A stretch of DNA of 64,000 nt from Peptococcaceae bacterium (GCA_040767105.1 JAXGPE010000007.1:2465-66464), one strand, 5' to 3'; shown: positions 29,470 through 40,324, counted from the first letter of the stretch. Translations and numbers: made by a program. Notes: generated from the sequence alone by a model not told the origin.

Positions 29470-31054
29470 CTCACGCCTCCTCTTTTTCTAAGTAAATACA
29501 GCGCCCAAAAATATACCGTCGTTAAGATCAATCCCGCTCCCATACCAAAAGCAAAGTTTGGTCCAAAGTTTTTCGGTTGAGAGTACCACAAACGGTTTAA
29601 AAATAAAATTATAAATAAGGGGAGTTGACCGGAGTATTTCGTATATTTTGCGAGTTGCTTTTTTCATTTTTACTCCCAGTGCTTTTTAAGGATAAAAAAA
29701 GCATAGATTGAAATTAAGTGAGCGCGGCCCCGCCCCGACCAGCCGGGCAAAAACTTTTGTCAAATAAAAATCGGCAGCAATTGTGATTAAAGAGGTGGAT
29801 GTTAGAATCACCAGGGGCTATCGTCTTGCCGTACCATAAAAAACCTTAATCAATGTAGATCATCCCGCCCGACAATGGTCAAAGAATATCCAGCTAGTAT
29901 ATCAGCAGTTATTTGCAGTGAAGGCTGATCAAAGCCCTCTCTGAAGCAATACAGGCCATTGGCACGCGCAGTAAACAAATTGTGAGCGTCAATGGTACGA
30001 GCGGTAGAGCTATCAGCCTGATTGCTCTGTTGTAGTTCACCGGAATAAATCATAGTCACCTATACCCTGGACTTGGCCATATCAGGAAATACGACGGCGA
30101 TAGCGCACAAAAACCCAAATGGAAACTGGGCAATGCGATAAGCATAATTAAGTCAGATATAGTTTCCTTCCCCGATAATCCGGCAAGATATCGTTCGGCA
30201 AAAAAAACTGTTTGCATTGCAAGCAAAATTAAAAAATAAGGAAAAAATGTTCCCAAAATACTTTCAAATCCTGTGAAGAGGATATTTTTGTCTTGTACTC
30301 ATCAAGCGGCCTTCTGATAGTAATATAAGCCGGCGAATCCCCCCCAAACAAGTACCGCCATGAATACGACCCCGCAAGTTATACCCCAGGCTATTATAAA
30401 TACGCCGTTTTGAATAAAGACATCATTCAATATACCGTATGTTATGGAGAACAGAAATATCATATTGAAAACAAGCGGACCCAAAGCCGGCAGATTAAAT
30501 TTTTTGTACACCTGCATTATTGATGCACCAATATTGTATAGGGGATAAAACAAAATAGTCGGCAGAAGGATACACAATAATTTTATCGTTAGTTCCGATG
30601 TTTCTTCAGACATACCAGGGCTAAGCAGTTGAATGATCTCCTCTCTGCCGAGGATCATAAGTATTGTTAATATAAGTGCCGCTCCCCAAAACATCAGGAC
30701 ACTATTTTTCAATGTTCTTCCTAACCTTTCTTTTTGTCCCAGTATCCATAGTTTGGCAAACACCGGGACACAAGCGACACCAACTGCTGCTGCAAAAAGG
30801 TTGTTACCGACAGTATCAGGTATAAATAGAGCTATCAGCAGTGCATCAGATTGTGGTGAAGTGCCGAGATAATATGCAAGCACAATATCCCTAAGCAATG
30901 CCGCGACCGCCAAAAGCATGTTAATAAATACTAAGGTGCTTATACTGCTGCTTAGCATCTTTTTGTTAGATTTTATCAGGCTTATCAAAGTTTTGATCAA
31001 CATGCTGCACTTCCTTAATATACCGCTATAAATATTGATTTTAGTATCGACCAT
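29470..31054 (-). CDS. MurJ/MviN-like (MOP family) lipid-linked sugar flippase; 3' half frameshifted
   Basis: LLRDIVLAYYLGTSPQSDALLIALFIPD, CVPVF, KFNLPALGPLVFN; downstream fragment FFAERYLAGLSG. Confidence 0.8.
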
Positions 31055-31078
31055 TCATAATCAATATAATTACTGTGA

Positions 31079-31939
31079 TCATAGCTTGACTTCAGGCCAT
31101 ATACATTCTTGGATCACCTGGCTCATCGGATAAAACTTATGCGCCTTTATTAACCTCCGGATTTTTGAAGCAGTAGTAACGATATTATAATAGTGAACAA
31201 AACATATATGAGGAGGAAAATCTAATCTGGGCTGCTCAACATCTATTTCCCAAGGATGGACATAAAGCATAGCTGTATTTTTTTTACTGACCTGTCTGAA
31301 ACAGTGATTTACAAACCAATATGGCCAAAATCGCAAGTAAAAGCCTCCTGAAAATGGTATCTTGAATATTCCGAACTTCAAAACTGTAGATGGATATTCT
31401 AAAATATTGATTTTTCTGCCGTCGATCACTGGATAAAAGGGTCTGAGCGGTGCTTTATTAACACCTGATAGAGGTGTTCGAAAAGGCTGTATACTGGAAT
31501 CGTATATAAAGCCCTCCTGCTCAAGAACTTCAAAGACCCAAAGTGTGTCGCGGGATATCGACCAAGATGCGGCACGATAACCAGTGACCGCCTTCCCCGT
31601 AACATCTTGCAGAATATTCTTTGATAAGATCAAATCCTTAGTGAACCATTCCCGGGATTGGGCATCAAGCATTCGATGCTCATAGCCATGCGAGGCTATT
31701 TCATGTCCTCTTGCGGATATTTCACGTATCAACTGCGGATATTTTTGTGCTATATAACCCAAAACAAAAAATGTCCCTTTCGTTTCTGTATGGTCTAATA
31801 TATCCAAGAGCTCAATGGTATTTCGTTCAATGCGATCTTCGTATTCCGGCCATTTTGAACAAGGAAAATCGAAATCGTTGGTTTGATACCAATCTTCCAT
31901 ATCGATCGTCAGGGTATTTTTCATCATTGTACTCCTCAT
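31079..31939 (-). CDS. Polysaccharide deacetylase (CE4, DUF3473-type)
   Basis: TIDMEDWYQ, GTFFVLG, HEIASHGYEH, GYRAASWS, YDSSI, GGFYLRFWPY, YVHPWEID; no signal peptide. Confidence 0.9.
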   Translation of the reverse strand: MRSTMMKNTLTIDMEDWYQTNDFDFPCSKWPEYEDRIERNTIELLDILDHTETKGTFFVLGYIAQKYPQLIREISARGHEIASHGYEHRMLDAQSREWFTKDLILSKNILQDVTGKAVTGYRAASWSISRDTLWVFEVLEQEGFIYDSSIQPFRTPLSGVNKAPLRPFYPVIDGRKINILEYPSTVLKFGIFKIPFSGGFYLRFWPYWFVNHCFRQVSKKNTAMLYVHPWEIDVEQPRLDFPPHICFVHYYNIVTTASKIRRLIKAHKFYPMSQVIQECIWPEVKL

Positions 31940-33102
31940 CTAAATAAAATCTTTTGCCACATATTCTTGTCAAAAAAATATCTTGCTGCTGCCAAGAAGA
32001 AACCTAAAACCGGCAGTGGATCATCCGGGGAATACATATCGTCATAAACCAGTTGCTTTTTACCGCTCAAAAATGGCGGGTCCATATTTCTCCGCTGCTT
32101 ATTAAAAAGGAAATGCAGAATTTCTCCTGGAAAAGTCCATTTGCATTTGATACCGGTTCGATAAGACGAAACATATTCGATGGGTTCGTTTATCATTGTT
32201 TGATAAAGCAGCCAGGGGAAATCTATGCCGGCAAATATGGCCATCTGGACTGAAGCCCAAAAGCGCGGATTTATTTCCATAAAATACATCTGTCCATCTG
32301 CTTTATTTTCCATGAATTCGATTTCGACAATTCCCTGCCAGGGCAGCAGTTGCATTAATTTGAGGCTCATATCGAGCAGTTCCGGATTTTCAACACTTTC
32401 CTGCACAGTACTTGGGCCCCAGTTGATAGGAAAGTTTCGAATCTCTTTTTGGACAAAAGAAGCTTTAAGCTCACCGTTTCTATCATACAGAAGACAAACA
32501 TCATATCTGTTTTTTGGCTCAATATATTGTTGAATCATGGGCCATGGATATTGCGAATGGATCTTTATGTATTCAGCTATCAGCTCTTCTTTACAGCTGA
32601 CTTTGCGAATGCCTCTTGATCCTGAGCTTATACGCGGTTTTATTATCAGAGGATATTTCATGTCTTCCGAAAATTCATATACTTGCTGCAAATCAGTTAT
32701 ATTCATCGTCAACGGGCAGCACAATCCTGCTTCCCGGGCTTTGACCATTGCTTTTCCTTTGTCAGCGGCACAAAAATAACTTTCCGAAGCAGGAAGAGGC
32801 ATAAGGCATAATTTTTCAAGCTCATCCCGATGTTTTACTGCAAGAAAAAAAGCATCGTCATCCATCGGGATAAAAATCTGGCAGTTATTATCCAGCAAAG
32901 TTTTTTTAATCCAGCTCAGATATTCATCTTCCTTTGAATGCTGTTCAGGGGAAACTATATGTTTGTAACAGTATTTGGAGCAGGCAGTCGGAGTAAAGTG
33001 AGTCCGGTCTGCGGCAATGATCTGCAGCCCCCGTTTGCCAAGCGATCTTGTTACTGCAAGCGTTTTGCGCTGCTGGGCATCAGAAAGGAGTACCTTTGGC
33101 AT
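31936..33102 (-). CDS. ATP-grasp carboxylate-amine ligase
   Basis: LAVTRSLGKRG, YPLIIKPRISSGSRG, MIQQYI, FMEINPRFWAS, AGIDFP. Confidence 0.88.
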   Translation of the reverse strand: MPKVLLSDAQQRKTLAVTRSLGKRGLQIIAADRTHFTPTACSKYCYKHIVSPEQHSKEDEYLSWIKKTLLDNNCQIFIPMDDDAFFLAVKHRDELEKLCLMPLPASESYFCAADKGKAMVKAREAGLCCPLTMNITDLQQVYEFSEDMKYPLIIKPRISSGSRGIRKVSCKEELIAEYIKIHSQYPWPMIQQYIEPKNRYDVCLLYDRNGELKASFVQKEIRNFPINWGPSTVQESVENPELLDMSLKLMQLLPWQGIVEIEFMENKADGQMYFMEINPRFWASVQMAIFAGIDFPWLLYQTMINEPIEYVSSYRTGIKCKWTFPGEILHFLFNKQRRNMDPPFLSGKKQLVYDDMYSPDDPLPVLGFFLAAARYFFDKNMWQKILFR

Positions 33103-33114
33103 GATCCTTCTCCC

Positions 33115-35166
33115 TTAATCATTTAGATTAATAATATCTACAGGATTCTTTCCATCTTGTTCGATTTTGTAAACCTTTAAAAAATCACTTTCATAAAATA
33201 CGCTGAAGCGGTCGTCTTTCTGCATGCCTAACTCTGCCCAGGCATTGACCTTTTTTTCAATATTATATCTATTTTTTATATCGTAGTAATAGGTTTCATT
33301 TGCATTATTGCCAGGCGCTGGCAAAGCTTCTTCCAGAGCATTTTCATTGACAAAACCGTTTGAATTCAACGGTACCTTTTCAACAAATACAAAAATATAA
33401 TCAGTCGGTATCTTCAGCTCCTGGTTATCCTCGATATTTTTTACAAACTCCCATATTTCGTAGTGCCAACCATAACCAAGTGCCTGCTGGTACTGTTCGA
33501 CAGGTGAGATTATCGTCCAATTCGCTCTTGGAAAATTTTCTTTTATTTCAAGATATGCCAGAACAGCCTCATCATATTCGTATCGCTCCCCTTTCGGTAT
33601 TGCATTAAAGGGACCAGCGGACAATACAAAATACAAAGCTGTAACACAAAATATCGTTTTATAAATATACTTGTGTTTATCTTTAATGCTTAATATATCG
33701 ACAAAATTTATCGGGCTGGCCAGCACAATAACAATAAACGGCGAAAAGAAAATACCGATCCTTACCGGGTCCATGACTTGGGGCAATCCATAATAATTGG
33801 CTCTATAGAGAAGATACAATACTATCGTTGTCAGAATAAATGCTCCAGATGATTGAAAGGACTCATTTTGCAGGTTTTTTTTGTATCTACTCAGTAAATT
33901 AGTTAAGATCAATATTGATATACATGCAAAAAACAGCAATAGTATTCTATTGTTTTCCATAAATATGCTTTTTTCGATTGACCCCGTGCTGTCCTGAATA
34001 ATTTTGAATTTACTCTGAACATATCCTAGGCTTTCATGGAATTTCTTGCCAAGAGCGAGTGCCGTAAACCATGGTAGAACGGCTATAGATACCGCACCTA
34101 TCATTGATAATGCGAGCGAAAAAATGATCCTTCCTTTGCATATTTTTTTTATGTTCGTCAGAATCGATATACTATAAGACAAAGTCAGAATAATTGTCGC
34201 ATACGGGTGGATAAAAGTTACTATCGCAAGGCACTCCGCTGCAAGGAACAGAAATTCTTTCTGACGTTTTTTGATATAGATATTCAGGAAGTGAATACCG
34301 GGCAAGATAAAAATGATCGCATATTCCATCGGCAGAGGAGATATTTGTCTCCATATATAACTGGGTAATTCTGCACTTACGGACAACCCATAGATCAACA
34401 TCGCTGCCCATGCCAAATGAGTTCCATTAAAATTCTTTCTCGCAAAATAGTAAATACTTATAACGATCATAATTCCGGCCAATGGTCCTAAAAAACGCAT
34501 AACATAATAAGGATCGATGAAGAAGACCCGTTCTATAGCAGCTACAACTGCTTGATAACCATAAGGATATATGCCGTCATGATATATATCATTCTGGATA
34601 AGATACTTAGTCCAGGCAAGATGCAGATAGGAATCCGAAGTTCCCAAATACATATGGGTGAATGAATGGTGGAAACGAATAAATGCCGCCCCGATAAATA
34701 CAGCTAAAAGCAATACTCCTTCAAAGGGGCAGCATATTATCTTCCTTGCTAGGACTCTTATACATACGAATATGCCTTGACGGCAGGAGCAAAAAATGCT
34801 TTGCATTAATTTCCGCAGCCAGTTTTTTGTTTCGGATATATCCAAAAGTCTCACGATAAGGATCATGCCAAAAGTTTCAGTGGATGCGGACGATTTTCTT
34901 CTTTTGGCAAGCCAGATAGCAAATATATATAGTGCCAAATAGCTCAACATAAGAGAAAATGTTTCATATATCTTCAAAAACACTAATATATGTGTCAAAA
35001 GTATGATCACAAAATGAGCATGAGTAATGCTGATAAAGAATTTGTCCCCTATTCCTTTGCTGTCTTCACGAAAAGGAATTATCCCAGAAGGTAAAATAAC
35101 GTAAAAAAGCATGTATACAAAGATAACTTTGAAAAACATCCCCATGGTATTGACAGGATCGATCAT
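33115..35166 (-). CDS. Polytopic membrane protein, probable GT-C fold glycosyltransferase (paralog 2)
   Basis: 683 aa with many TM segments; loop SDSYLHLAWTKYL...DGIYPYGYQ; soluble C-terminal domain; paralogous to the upstream gene. Confidence 0.7.
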   Translation of the reverse strand: MIDPVNTMGMFFKVIFVYMLFYVILPSGIIPFREDSKGIGDKFFISITHAHFVIILLTHILVFLKIYETFSLMLSYLALYIFAIWLAKRRKSSASTETFGMILIVRLLDISETKNWLRKLMQSIFCSCRQGIFVCIRVLARKIICCPFEGVLLLAVFIGAAFIRFHHSFTHMYLGTSDSYLHLAWTKYLIQNDIYHDGIYPYGYQAVVAAIERVFFIDPYYVMRFLGPLAGIMIVISIYYFARKNFNGTHLAWAAMLIYGLSVSAELPSYIWRQISPLPMEYAIIFILPGIHFLNIYIKKRQKEFLFLAAECLAIVTFIHPYATIILTLSYSISILTNIKKICKGRIIFSLALSMIGAVSIAVLPWFTALALGKKFHESLGYVQSKFKIIQDSTGSIEKSIFMENNRILLLFFACISILILTNLLSRYKKNLQNESFQSSGAFILTTIVLYLLYRANYYGLPQVMDPVRIGIFFSPFIVIVLASPINFVDILSIKDKHKYIYKTIFCVTALYFVLSAGPFNAIPKGERYEYDEAVLAYLEIKENFPRANWTIISPVEQYQQALGYGWHYEIWEFVKNIEDNQELKIPTDYIFVFVEKVPLNSNGFVNENALEEALPAPGNNANETYYYDIKNRYNIEKKVNAWAELGMQKDDRFSVFYESDFLKVYKIEQDGKNPVDIINLND

Positions 35167-37134
35167 TTATTGTTCCTCCCCCAAACCCGGCGTTTTTCTT
35201 CTTCTGCCTTCTTTTGCTGGTGTATATGCCATATTCTAAGTACATCATCTTCATAATAAACGCTTATGTTGTCATGATATTTTTGGTATTCGTAAAGCCA
35301 ATCCTTTAATTTTAAGTATTCCGATTCCCGACGTTCATATATTTCCTGTAAAGACTCAAATTCCGCCCTGAAAAGTTCTTTTTCTTCATAAATGAAAATA
35401 TCTTCGTTATCAAGAAATTCTTCAGGATCACCATCTTTACGAAAAAGCTTTGGGGTGCTGGGGTCATACCAGGTCAAAAAGTCCTGCAACATCAGATGCC
35501 AGCCTTTTCCGAGCACAATAGCATATCCTTCCTCTTGTGAGACGATAAGCCAGGTCGTAGGGGTAAATTCCTTTGATATTCTTAAATACTGAGCAACTCC
35601 GCTTTCGTGCTCCATTTTATATGGTTTTGGGATTATCGGTTTATCATTGACCAATATAAAAACAAAGATGGCCATCACAAAGAATATTCCCACACATCTT
35701 TTTTTCAGAGGCGGCAGAAGGTAAGCCAAAGAATTCATCCCAAATCCTATACTGATCGGAAGAGCCAGTGTCCATAAATCGTCTGCCCTGAAGCAACGAA
35801 GGTGCTTTGCGTCCATACCCTCCCCAGCGATAAAGCACAAACGTAAAGCTCGCAAAAAATAATATAAGTAAATCGTACGCACGACTTTTTTCACGACGAA
35901 AGGGAAGCGTGATCACTATGATGAGTAGTCCGGCTAAAGCAGCGTAATCCAGGTTTTTTAATGCCGGTATATATGTTATTGATGATTGGGCAACCAAATA
36001 TTCCGCTGAAGACCCGTGGAACTGAGAACCTAACAGTAGTCCAATCGCAGCAGGAAGAATCGAAATAAGACACGCTATGATCCCGGCAAGTGCAATGGTC
36101 AAAACCCTTCTCCACCGCTTACGAAACCCTGTCAACAATCCAGCCAGGCCGACTAACGCCATCCCCAGTCCTATGTAACCAAAACCAAGCGTATGAGAAA
36201 GTCCTGCTGCACAAGTTGCCGCTAAAGCCGGAATGAGGTCTTCGATTTTTCCCTCAAAGACAAAGCGAGCAAAGAAAAAGAGGGCCGGGAAAACAAAGAT
36301 AAAGGCAAACTCCTGAGAGTTTGTAGACGCTTGCCGCATCCAGTCATCAAAAAAGCTTCCACCCATTATCCCGTATATGAATGCCGCAAGCAAAGCCGGA
36401 GAAGTTTTTTCCGTGATTCTATATACAAAATAACCCATAGCTCCTGTTGTAAGCAAACCGTTAAAAGGTCCGGTAAATTTTAGTACATGTAAAGGATCGA
36501 TCGCCGAAAACTTATAGATCGAAGCCAGAATGATGTGAAAGCCCTGAGGATATATACCATCATGAAAAATATAGCGTTGGTTGATATATTTCATCCAGGC
36601 CAATGTGACGTATGCATCTGACATTGCCGGCGCAGAGGTCGTCCAAGCATCATAAAACCTCAAATATGCCGCTCCGCCTATAACCGAGATCAAAATCAGC
36701 ATTGTGAGGAGATTGGGTGGTCTGCGCAATTTTTTCAAGGCATTTAATGCTTTTTTTCGTTTGTCCGAAAGATTTTCGTTTAATACCTTGGAGACCTTTT
36801 CTTTATTTTCCAAAAGATCGTACATGCGAATGTTAAAGCTTGTAAGGAAGTTCTCATTCTTTTTTTTGCGATAAAAATGATACACCGCATAAATCAAAAT
36901 TACGATGCTTATACCCAAAACCTCGAATAGCTTTATCGCAGCCAGAATATATCCAAAAATGATCAAAAACATTGTCATAATGACATAGTTGCTTACTGCA
37001 TTATCTATGGAGCTTTCCTGGCGGCGCGAAAAAATAAACCGCGGGATTATCGAAAATATCACGACAAAGGCAAGCAGGAACCTACCAAATAATATTGTTT
37101 TTTCCCAGAAGAGAGCGTCCATGCAATTCACCAT
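35163..37134 (-). CDS. Polytopic membrane protein, probable GT-C fold glycosyltransferase (paralog 1), frameshift near 35800
   Basis: SDAYVTLAWMKYI...DGIYPQGFH; MRQASTNSQEF; C-terminal WLIVSQEEGYAIVLGKGWH matches WTIISPVEQYQQALGYGWH of paralog 2. Confidence 0.7.
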
Positions 37135-38724
37135 TTAAGCGTTTGAATACAGGTAATAATCCAGATGTTCGAGCAATCTGAATGCGGCCTTGCTCGTCAT
37201 TACAGTAAATATGATCGCTCCTAATAGAAACCCGAACACTGCATAGGTATGATCGAACCAGCGACTTAATAAAAATCCGAGGACTATATCTGATAATATT
37301 GCCCACAACATAGCTCTGGTGGCGTTTTCCGGGTGAGAAAAGCAAAATAATACTAACGCATTCATCAGTCCTATACATAAAATAGTAAATCCGATTAGAC
37401 CGATAATAAAAACAAAATTTGTTGTATTACTGCTGATCAGCGGGTCATGAACCGGGAAAAATGAAAGCAGGTGTACATGTTTGACAGAGTAATAGACAGC
37501 TGCCGAGCTGATCAATGAAAATACCGCAACGATTATCATTCTAAGAAAATAGCTTCTTAAGCTCATCCTGTTCATTAGTCCGATTTCATGCATACTGAAA
37601 TTTTTTTGGTTTTTTTCTATATTGCCCATCAATTCCGAGATAACGACTTCAATAAGACCCATTGGTATGATCAAGGCGAATAAAGCGTAATCAAGACCTA
37701 ATTCGTAAGCCCCTCTGAACCAGATGATATAAGGCATAAACTGCGTATCCGTTGACCAGGCGATTATCCTATCTGTATAAAGAAAGCTGAAGTACAAAAA
37801 CCCATAAACAAAATAAGGTAATACTGTATAAATAGTGATCGCGGTTCGGGGCATTGCTGAAACATTAAGAGCTTTACCTGACTTTTTTTCCATTTTTTTA
37901 AAATATCTCAGGGCGACCAAAGCTCCTAAAATCGAAACAATACCCAACGAAATCAACTGTGCTATGATCACGTCAATGCCAAACAATCTGAAAAGCACAA
38001 ACACAAAAGCTATGCCGATAACGAGCAAGAGAGGGATTACAATTTCCTTGCCCAATACATAAAATATGGTGAAAGACAGCCAAATGGCACTGAGAAAAAA
38101 GAAAAATATAATGATAACAAAAAGCATCCTGTAAGGAAAGATGCTGAAAAATAAATTAAATATTATAAAAAAAAGCGCAGCCGTTATACATACAACATAT
38201 CCAACACGAACCAGGTAGAAAACGACGCGTCGAGCCAAATTATAATTGCCCAGATTAATATAAAGGAACCCCCGGCGGGCAATAGCCTGGGCGAAGCCTC
38301 CAACAGCCATAAAGCTCATGATCGTTCCTATAGCAATACTGGTGGCAACTTCAAGAGTCAAGCCGATGTATGATGACATCGAAAAATTCATCGTAAGCAT
38401 AGCCAAAACGGAGATTGTCATGGGTAAAGCAAATATTGTTCCTCGAAAAAAACTTCTTATGACCATGTAGAGATAAGCTGGTATGGATTTTCGAGGAACA
38501 TCGGCAAAAGCCCGGGCGCTGATATTCTGTCGGGAAATCCTCCATATTTCTCCGGCAAGCTCAAAGATATCCTCTACTCCAAATTCTTTTGCTGCTCTTG
38601 CATCATTCCAGCCATTTGCCTCGAGGATAGCGGCAATCTCATATTGATCCTCCGGAGATAAATGCTTCTGCAGGACCTCATTGACAACATCATGATATTT
38701 GCTGTCTCGCACAGATAGCTGCAT
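37135..38724 (-). CDS. PelG-like multi-pass membrane protein (putative polysaccharide exporter)
   Basis: 529 aa with about 12 TM segments after a short soluble N-terminal domain (EIAAILEANGWND...FGVEDIFELA); YFSFLYTDRIIAW resembles the PelG loop motif; co-operonic with a PelF-like GT4. Confidence 0.65.
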   Translation of the reverse strand: MQLSVRDSKYHDVVNEVLQKHLSPEDQYEIAAILEANGWNDARAAKEFGVEDIFELAGEIWRISRQNISARAFADVPRKSIPAYLYMVIRSFFRGTIFALPMTISVLAMLTMNFSMSSYIGLTLEVATSIAIGTIMSFMAVGGFAQAIARRGFLYINLGNYNLARRVVFYLVRVGYVVCITAALFFIIFNLFFSIFPYRMLFVIIIFFFFLSAIWLSFTIFYVLGKEIVIPLLLVIGIAFVFVLFRLFGIDVIIAQLISLGIVSILGALVALRYFKKMEKKSGKALNVSAMPRTAITIYTVLPYFVYGFLYFSFLYTDRIIAWSTDTQFMPYIIWFRGAYELGLDYALFALIIPMGLIEVVISELMGNIEKNQKNFSMHEIGLMNRMSLRSYFLRMIIVAVFSLISSAAVYYSVKHVHLLSFFPVHDPLISSNTTNFVFIIGLIGFTILCIGLMNALVLFCFSHPENATRAMLWAILSDIVLGFLLSRWFDHTYAVFGFLLGAIIFTVMTSKAAFRLLEHLDYYLYSNA

Positions 38725-38727
38725 ACT

Positions 38728-39897
38728 TCAGTCTTCCATTCCGGGTAAAACCATATTCACGATCAATTCAGGCAATTTACCCTCGGTTTCAGCCTTAGAA
38801 ATAATTTCTTTAGTTATCGTTGCACCCTTTGTTATTATTGCCTCCCCGTTATTACCGATTAGATCTTTCCCGGCCAATTTACCGGCAATATATTTGAAGC
38901 GTGTATTTATTATTTCACTGGCAACCGCTGGACTGCCGGAGTTTCCGCCATCACTGCTTGCATTTTCTTCTGTACTGTTTTCTATTTTTTCATCGCTATA
39001 ATCTTTTAACTGGGTCTTTATCATTTCACTTGTTTGCGTTTTATAATGATCCAACATATCTTCTGCCTTCTGTATACTTTGTGTTCTGTTTTCTTGTGTG
39101 CTGTTGTTTTCAGTATCAGAAGTCTTCCAAAATTCTTCAATTTCTTCATGATTGGCGCTGATATTCTCGGATCCACTTTCTTCTTCGGCAGCTTCTGCCG
39201 TAAAGTCTTCCTTTGTTATTTCTTCCTTATTAAGTTTCTGGGCAAGTTTATTCATCATTCTTTTAAGACGCCCAGCCTCCTCGTCTTCTCTTTTTTCATT
39301 TTCACTCTCGAAAAAAGGTGTCCCATCAGCAGCGATCTCTTTTTCCTCAGCCCATTGATCATTTGAATCGAAATCGCTCAAGTCTTTTTCTTGGTTACGC
39401 AAATTTCTCTCATTTATTATTTCATTCAGTTTAATTATTTTGTTAGATAGTTGCTCAGTTTCAGGGACGCTTTTTTCAGTATCTTTCATGATGCTCGCTA
39501 ACTCCTCAAGCAAGCTTTTGATTTGTTTTTTTGTTGTGACAATTTCTTCTTCAATATCAGCGATTTTTTGTTTATCCGCAGCTTGTTCTTTTTCAGCTTC
39601 TTTTAAAACCTTTTCCGCATCCAACGCTGCTTTTTGCATTAATATTTCCGTCATTTCCTTGACCCTGTTTACCGTGAGGGTTATAAAATCTTCACCCTCA
39701 AAACGCGTTGCCCATTTTTCCTGGAGTCTATCAAGTTTCTCACTCAAAGTGTATTTCTCCGACAATGTCTCTTCAAGCTGCCTTTGCAACTGTGACAATT
39801 CAAAAGAATGGTTTTCCTTAAGTTTCTGAAAATAGCTTTCAACTTCACGTTTTCTATATCCTAATAACTTTATTCTAAAATTTTGAGGTCCCGTCAT
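38728..39897 (-). CDS. DivIVA-like N-terminal domain protein with coiled coil, acidic linker and small C-terminal domain
   Basis: FRIKLLGYRKREVESYF; long heptad region; C-terminal KYIAGKLAGKDLIGNNGEAIITKGATITKEIISKAETEGKLPELIVNM. Confidence 0.7.
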   Translation of the reverse strand: MTGPQNFRIKLLGYRKREVESYFQKLKENHSFELSQLQRQLEETLSEKYTLSEKLDRLQEKWATRFEGEDFITLTVNRVKEMTEILMQKAALDAEKVLKEAEKEQAADKQKIADIEEEIVTTKKQIKSLLEELASIMKDTEKSVPETEQLSNKIIKLNEIINERNLRNQEKDLSDFDSNDQWAEEKEIAADGTPFFESENEKREDEEAGRLKRMMNKLAQKLNKEEITKEDFTAEAAEEESGSENISANHEEIEEFWKTSDTENNSTQENRTQSIQKAEDMLDHYKTQTSEMIKTQLKDYSDEKIENSTEENASSDGGNSGSPAVASEIINTRFKYIAGKLAGKDLIGNNGEAIITKGATITKEIISKAETEGKLPELIVNMVLPGMED

Positions 39898-40315
39898 CTC
39901 CGTACGCCTCCAAAACCTTCTTGTATGAATTTGTGATTGTTTCCATCTCTTTGGTCAAAGACTCCAATGCCTTTTTGATTTCCAGGCGTTTTGTCTCCTT
40001 TTCAAAAATATCCGCTTTGGATTTTCTGATAATTCGCTGGCCTTCTTTTATCGCCGCAAACACCTCTTTGCTTGCACGATCATGACTATCGAACAACTCT
40101 TTCATTATTTTCTGGTTAAGTCGTTCGCGCTCCTCAAATTCATCATTGATCTGCCGGATCTTTTCTTGCAGCAACTCTATTTCTCGAGTGACATTGTATA
40201 ATTGATCGCTTAATTCCTTGATCCTATTCTCGTAGTGCTCTATATCAGAAATGATCCTGTTTTCGACCTCGGCCCGGTCATATCCAAAAAGAGCACGCGG
40301 AAATATCTTTTCCAT
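39875..40315 (-). CDS. DivIVA-like domain coiled-coil protein
   Basis: FPRALFGYDRAEVE followed by about 120 aa of coiled coil. Confidence 0.7.
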   Translation of the reverse strand: MEKIFPRALFGYDRAEVENRIISDIEHYENRIKELSDQLYNVTREIELLQEKIRQINDEFEERERLNQKIMKELFDSHDRASKEVFAAIKEGQRIIRKSKADIFEKETKRLEIKKALESLTKEMETITNSYKKVLEAYGDDGTSKF

Positions 40316-40324
40316 TTTTCCTCC

